Below are positions 1-8,781 of a DNA stretch of 64,000 bases, in pieces. The notes below the pieces were generated by a model. The model was given only the letters and a program-made list of their open reading frames with translations. It did no database searches and was not told the DNA's origin. How positions within the stretch are numbered: position 1 is the stretch's first letter; each line of letters starts with the position of its first letter. The stretch comes from an uncultured Bifidobacterium sp. Lineage in GTDB: Bacteria > Verrucomicrobiota > Verrucomicrobiia > Limisphaerales > JADLHS01. A program made the position numbers and the translations under genes. The DNA is taken from the NCBI GenBank assembly GCA_964594985.1, contig CAZQNQ010000010.1:71466-135465 (forward strand). The letters are read 5' to 3'.

Positions 1-1
1 G

Positions 2-151
2 AAAGTCCGTGAAGCGCTCGCGGCGACGAAAGATTTCAAGGCCGTCACGGGGACCATCACGCTCAACGAACAACGCGATGCCACCAAAGCCGCCGTCATC
101 CTGCAAGTCAAGGACGGGCAATTCAAATACTTGGAAACGGTCGCGCCTTGA
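2..151 (+). CDS. 3' end of a periplasmic branched-chain amino acid ABC transporter substrate-binding protein (partial, runs off the window start)
   Basis: Own translation of frame 2 gives KVREALAATKDFKAVTGTITLNEQRDATKAAVILQVKDGQFKYLETVAP*. This looks like a LivJ/K-type C-terminus, and it lies directly upstream of livHMGF. Confidence 0.6.
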   Translation, partial: KVREALAATKDFKAVTGTITLNEQRDATKAAVILQVKDGQFKYLETVAP

Positions 152-187
152 GGCACGCTAGCGCCGGTTTTTCTGCGCCGACGCGAA

Positions 188-1099
188 ATGACCGAATTCC
201 TCCAGCAACTAATTAACGGATTTGCGCTTGGCGCAATCTACGCCCTCATCGCCCTCGGCTACACGATGGTCTATGGCATTCTGCGCTTCATCAACTTCGC
301 CCACGGTGACGTCTTCATGCTCGGCGCGTTCGCGGGATATTTTCTCGCGCCGCTGGTGGGGCGAATCCTCCCGGCCCAATCCTACGCGAGCGGCATCCTG
401 ATATTGGCTTTGGCGATGCTGGTTTGCGCCGCCATCGGAATGTTGATTGAAATCCTCGCCTACCGTCCGCTGCGGCAACGCCCCAAACTCACCGTGCTCA
501 TCACCGCCATCGGCGTTTCCCTGTTCATCGAATACACCTGCCAGCATCGGTTCGTGTTCGGCGCCGCGCCGCGAAAATTCCCCGATCTCATCCCCATCAC
601 CACCTGGCATCTCGGCAACGTGGTCATCAGCTCCACCCAGGTCATCGTCTTCGCGACGACCATCCTGCTGCTGCTCGCACTGCGGTTCATCGTCCAAAAA
701 ACCCGCGTCGGCACCGCGATGCGCGCCGTCTCCTTCAACGAACAGGCCGCCGCGTTAATGGGCGTGAACATCAACTCCATCATCTCCTTCACCTTCGGCC
801 TCGGTTCGGCGCTCGCGGCGGCGGGCGGAATCCTGTTCGCGATGAATTACGCCAGCATTGATCCGCTCATGGGCGTGCAGACCGGCCTCAAAGCTTTCGT
901 CGCCGCCGTCTTCGGCGGCATCGGCAATCTGCCCGGCGCGGCGCTCGGCGGATTGTTGCTCGGGATCATCGAAACCTTCGCGGGTGGCATTCCGGGCCTC
1001 TCGAATTACCGCGACGGCATCGCGTTCGCCATTCTCATCGGCGTGCTGATCTTTCGCCCGGCGGGATTGTTGGGGAAGGTGCAAACGGAAAAAGTCTGA
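188..1099 (+). CDS. livH: Branched-chain amino acid ABC transporter permease LivH
   Basis: 303-aa polytopic membrane ORF. The INGFALGAIYALIALGYTMVYG N-terminus is typical of LivH. First of a permease/permease/ATPase/ATPase operon. Confidence 0.9.
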   Translation: MTEFLQQLINGFALGAIYALIALGYTMVYGILRFINFAHGDVFMLGAFAGYFLAPLVGRILPAQSYASGILILALAMLVCAAIGMLIEILAYRPLRQRPKLTVLITAIGVSLFIEYTCQHRFVFGAAPRKFPDLIPITTWHLGNVVISSTQVIVFATTILLLLALRFIVQKTRVGTAMRAVSFNEQAAALMGVNINSIISFTFGLGSALAAAGGILFAMNYASIDPLMGVQTGLKAFVAAVFGGIGNLPGAALGGLLLGIIETFAGGIPGLSNYRDGIAFAILIGVLIFRPAGLLGKVQTEKV

Positions 1100-2016
1100 T
1101 GCAAACCGGCGCCAAACGATTTTTGATTGCCGCCGTTATCGTGGCGGCGGCGATCTCGCTGTTCTCGGCGCACTTCAACCGCTACTACCTCGGCATCGCG
1201 ATTGATGTCGGCATCAACATCATCCTCGCCGTCAGCCTCAATCTCATCAACGGCCACACGGGACAATTCAGTCTCGGCCACGCCGGCTTCATGGCCGTGG
1301 GTGGTTACACTGCGGCGAAACTCAGCCTCACCCTCCAACCGCTGCTGCCACCGTGGGCGCAGCCGGTCATTTTCCTCGGAGGCTTGCTGCTTGGCGGCGG
1401 CATCGCGGCCGCGACCGGCCTGGCCGTCGGTGTTCCAACATTACGATTGCGCGGCGATTATCTCGCCATCGTGACGCTGGGTTTTGGGGAAATCATCCGC
1501 GTGATTTTCCAAACCACCGAAGCCTTTGGCGCCGCCACCGGACTGACCGGGATTCCGAATTGGACCACCTTCGGTTGGGCGTGGGCGGGCGCGGCCTGGT
1601 GCGTGTTCGTCATCACCTGCCTGGTAAACTCCACTTACGGCCGCGGCTTCATCGCCGTGCATGACGACGAAGTGGCCGCCAGCGCCAGCGGCATCAATCC
1701 CGTGCGCTACAAAGTCACCGCGTTTGTCATCGGTGCGTTCTTCGCCGGCATCGCCGGCGGACTCTACGCGCATCACAAATCATTTCTTTCTCCGACTGGT
1801 TTCGATTTCATGAAATCCATAGACATCGTCGTGATGGTGATTCTCGGCGGCATGGGACGCACTGCTGGCGTCATCATCGCTGCCGTATTGCTGACCTTGT
1901 TGCCGGAATTCCTGCGCGGCTTCGCGGACTACCGGATGATCATCTACTCGCTGCTGATCATCATACTCATGATTGCGCGACCGCAGGGGTTGTTCACGTT
2001 TGGAAAGAAAAGCTAA
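1099..2016 (+). CDS. livM: Branched-chain amino acid ABC transporter permease LivM
   Basis: 305-aa membrane ORF whose ATG overlaps the livH stop. Carries the NLINGHTGQFSLGHAGFMAVGGY motif of LivM. Confidence 0.9.
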   Translation: MQTGAKRFLIAAVIVAAAISLFSAHFNRYYLGIAIDVGINIILAVSLNLINGHTGQFSLGHAGFMAVGGYTAAKLSLTLQPLLPPWAQPVIFLGGLLLGGGIAAATGLAVGVPTLRLRGDYLAIVTLGFGEIIRVIFQTTEAFGAATGLTGIPNWTTFGWAWAGAAWCVFVITCLVNSTYGRGFIAVHDDEVAASASGINPVRYKVTAFVIGAFFAGIAGGLYAHHKSFLSPTGFDFMKSIDIVVMVILGGMGRTAGVIIAAVLLTLLPEFLRGFADYRMIIYSLLIIILMIARPQGLFTFGKKS

Positions 2017-2156
2017 CCACGAATGAACACAAATGAACACAAATGTGAATGTAGTGGTAGGGCGCGTCACTCCGTGCGCGCCGCACCGGGTCAGACAGCC
2101 AACGGCGCGCACGGAGTGACGCGCCCTACCTGTGTCATTCGTGGCCATCCGTGGTT
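2015..2156. repeat. Nested palindromic element: outer AACCACGAATG...CATTCGTGGTT-like arms around an inner 28-bp perfect-arm hairpin (family A, copy 1)
   Basis: GGTAGGGCGCGTCACTCCGTGCGCGCCG at 2056-2083 pairs perfectly with 2103-2130. Periodic ACGAATGAACAC-like outer arms. Fills the livM-livG spacer. Confidence 0.85.
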
Positions 2157-2171
2157 TGAAATTCAATAACG

Positions 2172-2951
2172 ATGTCCACCCTGCTTCAACTCGACAAAGT
2201 CACCATCCGCTTCGGCGGATTGACGGCGGTGTCGGAAGTGGATTTGCGGATCGGCGCGCAGGAACTGGTCGGCCTTATCGGCCCGAACGGCGCGGGCAAG
2301 ACCACGGTGTTCAACCTCATCACCGGCGTCTATCAACCCACCAACGGCGCGATCACCTTTAACAGCCAGCCCACGGCAGAGTTGAAGCCGTTCCAACTCA
2401 CCAAGCTCGGCATCGCGCGGACGTTCCAGAACATCCGCCTGTTTGCGAGCATGAACGTATTCGACAACGTCCGCACCGCCGTGCAGGTGCATCGCGCGCA
2501 CGGCGTCGTCAATGCCCTCTGGCGGGGCAAAGCCTTTCGTGCCGGCGAAGCCGAAGTCACCGCCACTGTGATGGAGCTGCTGGAAATTTTTCAACTCGGC
2601 AAACATCGCGATGAGCCAGCGAAATGTCTTTCCTACGGCGACCAGCGCCGGCTCGAAATCGTCCGCGCCCTCGCCACCAAACCAAAGCTGCTGTTGCTCG
2701 ATGAACCTGCCGCCGGCATGAACCCGACCGAGAAAGTCGAACTGACGAAACTTATTCGCTTCATCAAAGAGAAATTTCAGATTGCAGTTCTGTTGGTCGA
2801 ACACGACATGCAGGTCGTCATGGGCATCTGTGAGCGGATTGCGGTGCTGGATTACGGCGTCAAAATCGCCGAAGGCACGCCAACCGAAGTGCGCGCGGAC
2901 CCGAAAGTGATTGAAGCCTACTTGGGCCAGGAGGCGGTGAAGCATGCTTGA
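2172..2951 (+). CDS. livG: Branched-chain amino acid ABC transporter ATP-binding protein LivG
   Basis: Walker [10 protein letters not shown], signature YGDQRRLEI, Walker [11 protein letters not shown]. Confidence 0.92.
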   Translation: MSTLLQLDKVTIRFGGLTAVSEVDLRIGAQELVGLIGPNGAGKTTVFNLITGVYQPTNGAITFNSQPTAELKPFQLTKLGIARTFQNIRLFASMNVFDNVRTAVQVHRAHGVVNALWRGKAFRAGEAEVTATVMELLEIFQLGKHRDEPAKCLSYGDQRRLEIVRALATKPKLLLLDEPAAGMNPTEKVELTKLIRFIKEKFQIAVLLVEHDMQVVMGICERIAVLDYGVKIAEGTPTEVRADPKVIEAYLGQEAVKHA

Positions 2952-3651
2952 GATTAAGAATCTTCACGTCTGCTACGGTGTCATCAGCGCGTTGCAGGGC
3001 GTCTCGTTGTCCGTGAAGGCCGGCAGCATCGTCACGCTCATCGGCGCGAATGGCGCGGGCAAAAGCACGACGCTCCGCGCCATCTCCGGTTTGGTGAAGC
3101 CACGCAGTGGCGAAATCCTCTTCAACGGCAAAAACATTTCCGGTCTGCCCGCGCACGAGATCGTAAAGCTTGGCCTCTCGCACGTGCCCGAGGGGCGGAT
3201 GGTTTTCGCGAACCTGACCGTTCACGAAAACCTGATGATGGGCGCGTATCTCCAGCGCGATAAAACCGTCATCCAGCAGGAACTGGAACTGGTTTTCAAA
3301 ACCTTCCCCCGCTTGAAAGAGCGCGAGAAGCAGGTCGCCGGCACACTCAGCGGCGGCGAACAACAGATGCTCGCCATCGGTCGCGCGCTGATGAGCAAGC
3401 CGAAGTTTTTGATGCTGGATGAGCCTTCCCTCGGCATCGCGCCGTTGCTGGTGAAAACCATCTTCGAGAAAATCGTGGCGATCAACCGCACGCACGGCAT
3501 CACCATCCTGCTCGTCGAACAGAACGCCAATCTCGCGCTGGAAATCTCGCACTACGGCTACGTGCTGGAGACGGGCAAAATCATTTTGCAGAACGAATCG
3601 GCCGCCCTGCGCGCCGATCCCAAAGTCCGCAGCGCCTATCTCGGCGGCTAG
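2944..3651 (+). CDS. livF: Branched-chain amino acid ABC transporter ATP-binding protein LivF
   Basis: Walker A GANGAGKST, signature LSGGEQQMLAIGRAL, Walker B FLMLDEPSLG. Overlaps livG by 8 nt. Confidence 0.92.
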   Translation: MLEIKNLHVCYGVISALQGVSLSVKAGSIVTLIGANGAGKSTTLRAISGLVKPRSGEILFNGKNISGLPAHEIVKLGLSHVPEGRMVFANLTVHENLMMGAYLQRDKTVIQQELELVFKTFPRLKEREKQVAGTLSGGEQQMLAIGRALMSKPKFLMLDEPSLGIAPLLVKTIFEKIVAINRTHGITILLVEQNANLALEISHYGYVLETGKIILQNESAALRADPKVRSAYLGG

Positions 3652-3695
3652 GAGCGCCGATCTCCAGATCGGCTCGAAGTAGTTCCGGGCAGCAT

Positions 3696-3777
3696 CTTCC
3701 TCACGCCAAGGTCGCCAAGTGCGCAAAGAGTTTCTTCCCGTCTTCTTTGCGGCCCTTGCGCCCTTGGCGTGAGGAAG
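3696..3777. repeat. Long hairpin repeat with CCTCACGCCAAGG/CCTTGGCGTGAGG arms (family D, copy 1); possible bidirectional terminator
   Basis: CTTCCTCACGCCAAGG at 3696-3711 is complementary to CCTTGGCGTGAGGAAG at 3762-3777. Lies between the convergent livF and the anti-sigma-like gene. Related copies at 26658-26700 (half) and 49218-49361. Confidence 0.75.
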
Positions 3778-3782
3778 GCGCT

Positions 3783-4277
3783 CTAGTTGTGGCCGGCCAG
3801 CGGTTCGACCAGGACCAATTCGGCGTCGTGCGGGCCACGACGCACCAGGACGGCGATGTTCGGCTTGGCCAGTTCCAACAGTTCCTCGTCATTGACGGAA
3901 TGATAATTCGCGCCGGTCGTGCGCACCTCCACCACGGTGCCGCCGGAATGAACCGTCTGCTCGGGGGACAAGGGTTGACTGCTTACCAGTTGTTCCGCTG
4001 TCAGGGCAAACGTGGTCACGGTTTCAAAATTCGGGGGAACGATGGGTTTGTGAGCGAGATCAGCTTTGGGCTTTCGCGCCTCGAATTGAAACAGAAAGGC
4101 GGACACCACCGCCACGACCACCGCCACCGTAACACCGACGCGCCGAGCCTGTCGCCGGTGCCGACGCCGGCGGGCGAGTTGCAGCAACTGGTCGAGGGCA
4201 GCGGCGTTCAAACCGGCCTCCGACTCATCCGCCAGCACGTCGTTCAGCAATTGTTCCTGGTCAGTCCGCCGCTTCAT
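3783..4277 (-). CDS. Single-pass membrane protein, putative anti-sigma factor
   Basis: 164 aa with an RRRRHRRQARR stretch followed by the TM segment VGVTVAVVVAVVSAFLF. Overlaps the stop of the upstream ECF sigma gene by 17 nt. No zf-HC2 motif seen. Confidence 0.6.
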   Translation of the reverse strand: MKRRTDQEQLLNDVLADESEAGLNAAALDQLLQLARRRRHRRQARRVGVTVAVVVAVVSAFLFQFEARKPKADLAHKPIVPPNFETVTTFALTAEQLVSSQPLSPEQTVHSGGTVVEVRTTGANYHSVNDEELLELAKPNIAVLVRRGPHDAELVLVEPLAGHN

Positions 4278-4884
4278 GTTTCAATTTTTCGAGCAACAGT
4301 TCCTTCAACTTCCGACGCGCGCGGGTGAGGCGCGATTCCACCGCTTTCTCGCTGGTCTGAAAGGTTGTGGCGATGGCGCGCACGCTTTCGCCGCTGAAGT
4401 ATTTTCGTTCCACCAAGGCGCGTTCCTCGCCGGGCAGTTCGGTGATGAGACTTTCCAATTCAGCCAGCAATTGTGCGTCAGCCGCGCCGTTTTCGAGATG
4501 CGGTGCGGTGGTTTCCACATGCGTCTTGAACCGGTCGAGGAAGGCGCGGTAGCGACTGCGCTTGCGGTGACGGTCGGCAAACGCGGTGCGCGCCAGCACT
4601 GTGAGCCAGTTCCAGAACTGCGCTTCGTCGGTGAAAATCTTGATGTGCCGCACGACGCGCACCAACGTCGCCTGCAAAGTTTCGCGCGCGGCATCTTCGT
4701 CGCCTCTGGCGATGACGAGCAGGTAACGCAACAAGCGCGGAAAGTAGGCTTCATGAAAGGTTCGATACGCAGTTTCATCGCCCGCCACCATCCCGCGCGT
4801 CAATGGAAACACCGCCAGTGGCGCAGAGGGTGTAACTTCCCCAGCGTCACCCGCAACGCTTGTTTGCTGTGAGTGAGCGCCCAA
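4261..4884 (-). CDS. ECF-type RNA polymerase sigma-70 family factor
   Basis: Region 2-like FHEAYFPRLLRYLLVIARGDEDAARETLQATLVRVV and region 4 ELPGEERALVERKYFSGESVRAIATTFQTSEKAVESRLTRARRKL. The true start may be the internal Met near 4791. Confidence 0.85.
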   Translation of the reverse strand: MGAHSQQTSVAGDAGEVTPSAPLAVFPLTRGMVAGDETAYRTFHEAYFPRLLRYLLVIARGDEDAARETLQATLVRVVRHIKIFTDEAQFWNWLTVLARTAFADRHRKRSRYRAFLDRFKTHVETTAPHLENGAADAQLLAELESLITELPGEERALVERKYFSGESVRAIATTFQTSEKAVESRLTRARRKLKELLLEKLKHEAAD

Positions 4885-4913
4885 GTTTTTTCAGGTTCAC
4901 AGAGTTGGAAAAC

Positions 4914-5780
4914 TCAAGGTTCGCTCACAGAAGTTGGGGCAGGCTTGGGTAATGCTGGTAATTTTGCCGCAGAGGCAGACCCGGCCGCTCTCCGTTCGAT
5001 TTCAGTCATCCGCGCGTAAGGATCAATCGGCAAGCCCGTTGCTGGATCTATGGTGGATTTCTGGGTCAATGCTTTCAGCACTGCGTCAATGGTTTCAAGT
5101 TTTCCGGGTTCGCCCACCGCGATCAGTAGTTTGGTTTCCTTGTGGAAGCTGATGCTGGGCGTTTCCTTTTCGCCGAGCATCTTCCAGCCGGTCTGGATGG
5201 CGGTGGTGATGTCTTCCACTTTCAATCCTTGGTCCAGATAGGGTGTGAGCGCGTAGAAACGCGATATCTTCAACGGCACAGGCTTTGTCTCCCAGGCTGA
5301 GAAATCAGGCGGCTGCTGACGTCCGCGAAAATACCAGATCGCATCATCGGAGAGAGAGCCGCCGGTCTGGAAGCTGATCGAAGTTTGAAGTTGTTGGTAG
5401 GAAGAACCCCCGCCGCCATAAGTGGAAGTGCGATACGGTACGAACTTCACGCTCGCCATTTCCATGGCCCGGAATAGCTCAAACACAGTGACCTGCGACA
5501 TTCGAAGCGCCGAAATGCTCTCGTTAGCATATTCGTCGGGGATGACCACGTTCAACGGGCGCCCCGTGGCTTTCTCGATGGCAGCAACCAGTTGTTTGGG
5601 GGTTCCGCCCGGGAAATCGAGATTGAATTTGGTGAGCTTGGGCGCTTCAACCCCGCCCGCCGTTGGCTCCACACCTTTTAAGGCCCGGACAGGAAGTGTT
5701 GCGGCCGGAGGTGGGGAAGCGGCGGGTTGACCTGAGGCAGAAGCAGTGACGAGCAGAAGCAGACAGAGGTGTTTTTTCAT
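4914..5780 (-). CDS. Secreted hypothetical protein
   Basis: 288 aa with signal peptide MKKHLCLLLLVTASASGQ. First gene of a co-directional trio with the ECF sigma and anti-sigma-like genes. No family recognised. Confidence 0.65.
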   Translation of the reverse strand: MKKHLCLLLLVTASASGQPAASPPPAATLPVRALKGVEPTAGGVEAPKLTKFNLDFPGGTPKQLVAAIEKATGRPLNVVIPDEYANESISALRMSQVTVFELFRAMEMASVKFVPYRTSTYGGGGSSYQQLQTSISFQTGGSLSDDAIWYFRGRQQPPDFSAWETKPVPLKISRFYALTPYLDQGLKVEDITTAIQTGWKMLGEKETPSISFHKETKLLIAVGEPGKLETIDAVLKALTQKSTIDPATGLPIDPYARMTEIERRAAGSASAAKLPALPKPAPTSVSEP

Positions 5781-5957
5781 TTGAGTGGGGTTTCAGTTTA
5801 TTCTCTATCCTGAAAGACGCCGCAACACCAGAAATCCTTCGCGGCAATTTTCAAGCCCTCCCCGCCGGACTTTTCACGATGTCACCGGCCCCACTCCAAA
5901 TGGCAAACCACCGGGCCGCCCCAGACCTGGAGCAACACGGTGGTTCACTTGAATGGT

Positions 5958-6416
5958 TCAGGCTTTCCCGCCGAACGACACATAGTCGTCCACGTCGAGC
6001 ATGTCCGCCCACGTGCGGATGTCCTCGCGCGTCTTGCTCAACTTGCCAACCGCCTCGGCGAAGTAGCCCAGCGTTTCCGCGTCGCTATCCGGGCCGCGAT
6101 TATCCTGGAACTGGCTCCAGCCCGCGATTTCCCAGGCATCATGCTTGTGCTTCGCGTTGGCATTGATCCATTCGAGGATTTCGCCGTCCCCCTTGCCGGT
6201 GGCGACTTCGGCCTTCAACGCCTCGGGATCGAGGTCGAGGAAGCTTAACAGTCGCTGGTCGAGCGGACAGTTATAGTGGTAGTCGCCGTTCTTGCCAATC
6301 AAGGTGGCGCGGCATTTATCCAGCATCCGCGGCAGCAACGCGTATCCGCCGAGGCGGACGCGCGGACTGCGCGGAGCGCGTTGCGTGAGGTCAGGGGCAT
6401 TTAATTTAGTGCTCAT
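5958..6416 (-). CDS. DUF5069 domain-containing protein
   Basis: PRSPRVRLGGYALLPRMLDKCRA...YHYNCPLDQRLLSFL matches my memory of the DUF5069 N-terminal signature. Confidence 0.7.
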   Translation of the reverse strand: MSTKLNAPDLTQRAPRSPRVRLGGYALLPRMLDKCRATLIGKNGDYHYNCPLDQRLLSFLDLDPEALKAEVATGKGDGEILEWINANAKHKHDAWEIAGWSQFQDNRGPDSDAETLGYFAEAVGKLSKTREDIRTWADMLDVDDYVSFGGKA

Positions 6417-6452
6417 GTTCGTTTGATTTACGGTTGTTGGGTTTGGTTTTGG

Positions 6453-7457
6453 TCAGGCCACAAAGGCCAGTGTGTTGTTTTGGTCAACATTGTCACGGGC
6501 TTCCATCTTGGCGCGCAATTTCTTGAGCGCCTGCTCTTGAATCTGCCGGATGCGTTCCCGCGTCAGGCCGAAATGATCGCCGATCTCTTCAAGCGTCCGC
6601 TCGCGTCCGTCGCTCAAGCCGAAGCGCAACGAGAGAATCGCATTCTCGCGTTCGGGTAACTTGGCCAGTACTTCCCGCACGAGATCGGTGTCGGTTTCCG
6701 TCACCAACCGATCGTACGGCAACGCCGCATTCGGATCAGCCACGACTTCGGAGATGGAGTTGGAATCATCATCGCCGATGGGCGCGTCGAGCGACAATGG
6801 CGCTTTCGCGGCGAGGCGATACCGCCGCACGCGGCGCTCATCGAGTTTCAAGTGGTGGGCGATTTCTTCGTCCGTCGGCTCGTGATCGAGCGTCTCGCGC
6901 AACTTCATCTCCGCGCGCCGCAGGTCCGCGACCTGATCCACGACGTGGACGGGCAGGCGAATGGTCTTGGCTTGGTTGGCCAGGGCGCGGCGAATCTGTT
7001 GCTTGATCCACAGGCCGGCGTAGGTCGAGAGTTTTGCACCCTTGCGCGGGTCGAACTTCTCGACGCCCTTCATCAAACCGATGTTGCCCTCGTTGATGAG
7101 GTCCAACAGCGGCACGCCCATGCCTTCGTAATCGCGGGCGATCTTCACGACCAGGCGCAGATTCGCTTTGATCATGTGTTCGCGCGCGTCCTTGTCGCCG
7201 CGCTTGATGCGACGGGCCAAGGTGACTTCTTCTTCCGGCGTGAGCAGTTTCACGCGACCGATCTCATTGAGATAAAGCTGCAGTGAATCGCCGCGCGGCG
7301 CGGCGGACCGAGGCGTTTCGACAGGCCGTGCTTCTTCGCCCGTCGTCGCTGTGATGGTCGGACGGCGGCTGGGCACTTGCACGGGTGTGAACCGCGCCCG
7401 GGCGCGGCCAATTTTTCTAGGCTTGGCCGCAAAACGCTGCTTGGTGATGTTTTTCAT
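6453..7457 (-). CDS. RNA polymerase sigma factor, RpoD/SigA family
   Basis: LYLNEIGRVKLLTPEEEV (region 1.2), ANLRLVVKIARDY...DLINEGNIGLMKGVEKFD (region 2), TLEEIGDHFGLTRERIRQIQEQALKKLR (region 4.2). I prefer the ATG at 7457 over the GTG at 7469. Confidence 0.88.
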   Translation of the reverse strand: MKNITKQRFAAKPRKIGRARARFTPVQVPSRRPTITATTGEEARPVETPRSAAPRGDSLQLYLNEIGRVKLLTPEEEVTLARRIKRGDKDAREHMIKANLRLVVKIARDYEGMGVPLLDLINEGNIGLMKGVEKFDPRKGAKLSTYAGLWIKQQIRRALANQAKTIRLPVHVVDQVADLRRAEMKLRETLDHEPTDEEIAHHLKLDERRVRRYRLAAKAPLSLDAPIGDDDSNSISEVVADPNAALPYDRLVTETDTDLVREVLAKLPERENAILSLRFGLSDGRERTLEEIGDHFGLTRERIRQIQEQALKKLRAKMEARDNVDQNNTLAFVA

Positions 7458-7493
7458 AACAGGCAACACTTTCTCTTTTGTGAGTTCAGGGTT

Positions 7494-7826
7494 TCAGGAC
7501 GCGAGGGCGAGCGAATCCAATTTGGAAACGATCGTCTGCTTGCCCGTCACGCCGATGGTTTGATCACGCACTTCCCCGCCGCTGAAATACAACAGCGTCG
7601 GGATGGATTGGATGCCGTAGCGGGCCGCCAACGCGGGGTTCTCGTCAATGTTCACCTTGACGACCTTGGCCCGCCCGGTTTTTTCGCGGGCGACCTCGTC
7701 CAGCACGGGCGCGAGCATCTTGCAGGGCCCGCACCATTCGGCCCAGAAGTCCACGACGACCGGCTGCGCCGCCGTCAACACTTCGGATTCAAAGTTCGAT
7801 TCGTTGATTTCAATTGTCGGTTTCAT
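7494..7826 (-). CDS. trxA: Thioredoxin
   Basis: 110 aa with the WAEWCGPCK active site. Confidence 0.93.
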   Translation of the reverse strand: MKPTIEINESNFESEVLTAAQPVVVDFWAEWCGPCKMLAPVLDEVAREKTGRAKVVKVNIDENPALAARYGIQSIPTLLYFSGGEVRDQTIGVTGKQTIVSKLDSLALAS

Positions 7827-7860
7827 AGTCAGCTTTCTGTTGGTTCGTTGCGTTTGTGAT

Positions 7861-8196
7861 TCAAGCGGCCAAGGCGAGCGCGGGGTTCACCCGTCGCACC
7901 ACCTGCTGGCGGTCATTCCAATTCGAGACTGCTTGCACGCGCTCCAGCGCGAGCGTCGGGAAAATGAGATGCGGCACATTGGTCTGCCACGCGATGGCCT
8001 CGGCTTCGTTTACGGCCAACCGGAGCATCCGCTCGGAGGCTCGGGAGCTACCCTGCGCTTCAGCCAGAATCGCCGCTTTGGCCTCCTTGATGCGGGCGAG
8101 GATTTTGTCGCACGACTTCAAACATGCCTGCGTGAAACCCGCCACCAATCCGCTCTTGTTTGCTCCCTGCCTTATCCGGTTCGTTGTCATATTCAC
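7861..8196 (-). CDS. Hypothetical protein
   Basis: 111-aa ORF co-directional with its neighbours, preceded by an AT-rich spacer carrying a TGTAAC-N7-GTTACA palindrome. No family recognised. Confidence 0.5.
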   Translation of the reverse strand: MNMTTNRIRQGANKSGLVAGFTQACLKSCDKILARIKEAKAAILAEAQGSSRASERMLRLAVNEAEAIAWQTNVPHLIFPTLALERVQAVSNWNDRQQVVRRVNPALALAA

Positions 8197-8213
8197 TGTT
8201 CCTTTCAGACGTA

Positions 8214-8232
8214 TGTAACAGTCATAGTTACA
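8214..8232 (-). promoter_or_regulatory. Candidate Rrf2 operator (TGTAAC-N7-GTTACA) upstream of the 7861..8196 gene
   Basis: Perfect 6+6 inverted repeat in an AT-rich spacer. The same GTAAC-N7-GTTAC core recurs upstream of the Rrf2 gene at 8718-8736. Confidence 0.4.
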
Positions 8233-8256
8233 ATAGTGTTCAAAAAAAAGAGAAAG

Positions 8257-8703
8257 TTAATCGCGCTTGCTCTTGTTGCAGACGCCCGAGGCTTTGACTT
8301 GTTCAATCACGCCGGCCAGGGTGGTCTTTGCCAGGTCCTGCTCCAGCGCTTTGAAGGCCGAGGAAAAAATTTGCTCCAGCGTCTCGCGGATGCAGTTGCC
8401 CACCGGACAAGCGGCGTTGGGCTTGCGCGTCGGCTTGCCAAATGGCTCACAATCTTCCACGGCGTTGTAAATCTCAGCCAATGTGATCCGCCCCGGGGCG
8501 CGATTCAGGCGCGATCCACTGCCCGCGCCTTTGCAGGTATCCACCAGCTTGGCGCGCTGCAAAGCCAGCAACAGCCGCCGGATGATCACCGGGTTCGTAT
8601 TGACGCTGCCCGCCAGAAAGCCGGATGTGACCCGGTCGCCCTCCTTGTAAGCGAGGACGGCGAGCACATGCACCGCCATGGCAAATCGGCAACTGGTTCT
8701 CAT
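8257..8703 (-). CDS. Rrf2 family transcriptional regulator
   Basis: MRTSCRFAMAVHVLAVLAY...SGFLAGSVNTNPVIIRRLLLALQRAKLV is a typical Rrf2 wHTH. I use the start at the Met at 8703 rather than the ORF maximum at 8769. Confidence 0.85.
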   Translation of the reverse strand: MRTSCRFAMAVHVLAVLAYKEGDRVTSGFLAGSVNTNPVIIRRLLLALQRAKLVDTCKGAGSGSRLNRAPGRITLAEIYNAVEDCEPFGKPTRKPNAACPVGNCIRETLEQIFSSAFKALEQDLAKTTLAGVIEQVKASGVCNKSKRD

Positions 8704-8717
8704 AACAACGAAATTAA

Positions 8718-8736
8718 AGTAACAACAGAGGTTACA
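8718..8736 (-). promoter_or_regulatory. Candidate autoregulatory Rrf2 operator (AGTAAC-N7-GTTACA)
   Basis: Inverted repeat 15-33 nt upstream of the Rrf2 start codon, with the same core and spacing as 8214-8232. Confidence 0.4.
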
Positions 8737-8781
8737 CCTGTCAACGGAGAATTTTTCCGCTCCCATCAACTGCCGGGTAAA

